This document shows positions 62,181-64,000 of a stretch of DNA of 64,000 bases, piece after piece. How positions within the stretch are numbered: position 1 is the stretch's first letter; every line of letters starts with the position of its first letter. A model generated the notes under the pieces. That model worked only from the letters and a program-made list of their open reading frames with translations. It ran no database searches and was not told where the DNA came from. Both the position numbers and the translations under genes were made by a program. Origin of the DNA: Chiloscyllium plagiosum (taxonomy: Eukaryota); contig NC_057711.1 in NCBI RefSeq assembly GCF_004010195.1, positions 145,353,369-145,417,368 on the forward strand, written 5' to 3'.

Positions 62181-63286
62181 AAAAACAAAAGAACATACAG
62201 AAACAGACCATTCTGTTCCAGTTGGTCTGCGCTGGTGCTTAAGTGCCACACAAGCATCATTCCACCCATCTTCATCTCACCCTATCAGTTTATCCCCAGT
62301 TTCCTGACTGAACACTTTTCCTTCAATCAGGAAAAAAATATTCAATCATTATCATATGCTGTTTGTAGGAGTTTGCTGCTTGCAAACTGGCTTTAGTATT
62401 TCATATGTCAAAAAAGTGATTACACTTCAAAATAACTTTGAATGTGCTCGTCTTTCTTTCTATTCTTTACTTCCTCATGTATTTATCTAGTTTTCTTCCT
62501 GAAATGCATCTATTCTATTTTTATGTTAGCAAGTTTCACATCCTAACCACATTTTTTAAAAAAGTACTCATGGAAACTATCTTGAATTTATGGTCTTTAG
62601 CATTGTAATTCCTCCCTGCTGGACACACTTGCATTTGTCCTTCAAAATCATGAGCATTCCCTTTCTAGAGAAAGACCAGCTGCCCGTTCAGTATTTCCTG
62701 GTATTCTCCAGGATATGTGTCGCCATCAGACAAGATGTATTGTGGTGACAAGGATCAGAAAATTATAGCTTCTTAATTTCTTACATTTCAATAGTGTTAA
62801 CCCTTCAAAAGTGCTTCATTGGCTAAAAGATACTTTGAAACATCCTGACTGGTGAAAGGTGCCATACTGATGCCATTTTAAAAGAGATTACTTTTCAGTT
62901 AAAGATGTTATTCCATGATTGATGAGACAATGGGCAGAGTATTTCCATTTAGCACTGTTCAAGGGTGAGCATATTAGGGTTGCATTCGAGGATATCAGAG
63001 AAAGTAGAAAAAGAGATAGAGGGTGTACTGGATTTTAAAAATGTGTACACTAAGGTACCGCATACAAGGCTGCATAATAAGATAAGAGCCCACGGAGTTG
63101 ATGCTAGATTTTGGCATGGCTACAAGATTGGCTAATAGATACAGAGGATATTTTCAGAATGGCAACCTGTAAGTAATGGAGTACCACAGGCATCAGTACT
63201 GGAACCACACTTACTTACAATATAGATTAAATGAGGAAATGGATGAGGAAAATGAATATACAGAACTCAATGCCTTTGTTGGCGTG

Positions 63287-63786
63287 NNNNNNNNNNNNNN
63301 NNNNNNNNNNNNNNNNNNNNNNNNNNNNNNNNNNNNNNNNNNNNNNNNNNNNNNNNNNNNNNNNNNNNNNNNNNNNNNNNNNNNNNNNNNNNNNNNNNNN
63401 NNNNNNNNNNNNNNNNNNNNNNNNNNNNNNNNNNNNNNNNNNNNNNNNNNNNNNNNNNNNNNNNNNNNNNNNNNNNNNNNNNNNNNNNNNNNNNNNNNNN
63501 NNNNNNNNNNNNNNNNNNNNNNNNNNNNNNNNNNNNNNNNNNNNNNNNNNNNNNNNNNNNNNNNNNNNNNNNNNNNNNNNNNNNNNNNNNNNNNNNNNNN
63601 NNNNNNNNNNNNNNNNNNNNNNNNNNNNNNNNNNNNNNNNNNNNNNNNNNNNNNNNNNNNNNNNNNNNNNNNNNNNNNNNNNNNNNNNNNNNNNNNNNNN
63701 NNNNNNNNNNNNNNNNNNNNNNNNNNNNNNNNNNNNNNNNNNNNNNNNNNNNNNNNNNNNNNNNNNNNNNNNNNNNNNNNNNNNNN
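63287..63786. other. assembly gap (500 N) flanked by CR1 remnants
   Basis: Run of N. Confidence 0.99.
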
Positions 63787-64000
63787 TTTTTTTAGTCATC
63801 CAGCATTCCCTTTACCCACCAGCCTTTCCTTTCACCCTAACAGGAATATCCTGTCTCTGGACTCTTGTTATCTCATTTCTGAAGGCTTCCCATTTTCCAT
63901 TTGTCCCTTTACCTGCGAACATCTCCCCCCAATCAGCTTCTGAAAGTTCTTGCCTCATACCATCAAAATTGACCTTTCTCCAATTTAGAACTTCAACTTT

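Noticed and set aside
63176-63943. Long ORFs across the window end
   Set aside because: Artefacts of the 500-N gap.
1-64000. CRISPR arrays, operons or other prokaryotic systems
   Set aside because: The sequence is intron-rich vertebrate DNA and no regularly spaced repeat-spacer array was seen.

Overview
Eukaryotic (vertebrate) genomic DNA, very probably a shark, inferred from HE1-type V-SINEs, CR1, Rex1/Babar and Penelope-derived repeats. (1) The + strand carries the 3' 24 coding exons (766-35842, about 1556 codons in one unbroken frame by manual splicing) of an LDL-receptor-family gene. Its order is YWTD-EGF-EGF-LDLa x7-EGF-cbEGF-YWTD-EGF-YWTD-EGF-LDLa(+1)-S/T stalk-EGF-TM-short tail, best matching Lrp13 (vitellogenin-receptor type); the 5' end lies outside the window. 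(2) The - strand carries a single-exon claudin-23-like gene (51377-52075) in a CpG island, convergent with the receptor. The rest is retroelement debris plus a 500-N gap. The most striking non-gene signal is at least three families of short Penelope-type inserts carrying minimal hammerhead ribozyme cores (CUGANGA-A-stem II-GAAA-palindrome-UH). Several have 13-16 bp target-site duplications, several are inverted repeats, and one sits sense-oriented just after the claudin stop codon with a substitution at catalytic G8. Other candidates are a possibly decayed beta-propeller in a receptor intron, a templated 109-bp insertion and a 198-bp tandem duplication. Repeat boundaries are approximate and no database search was possible.
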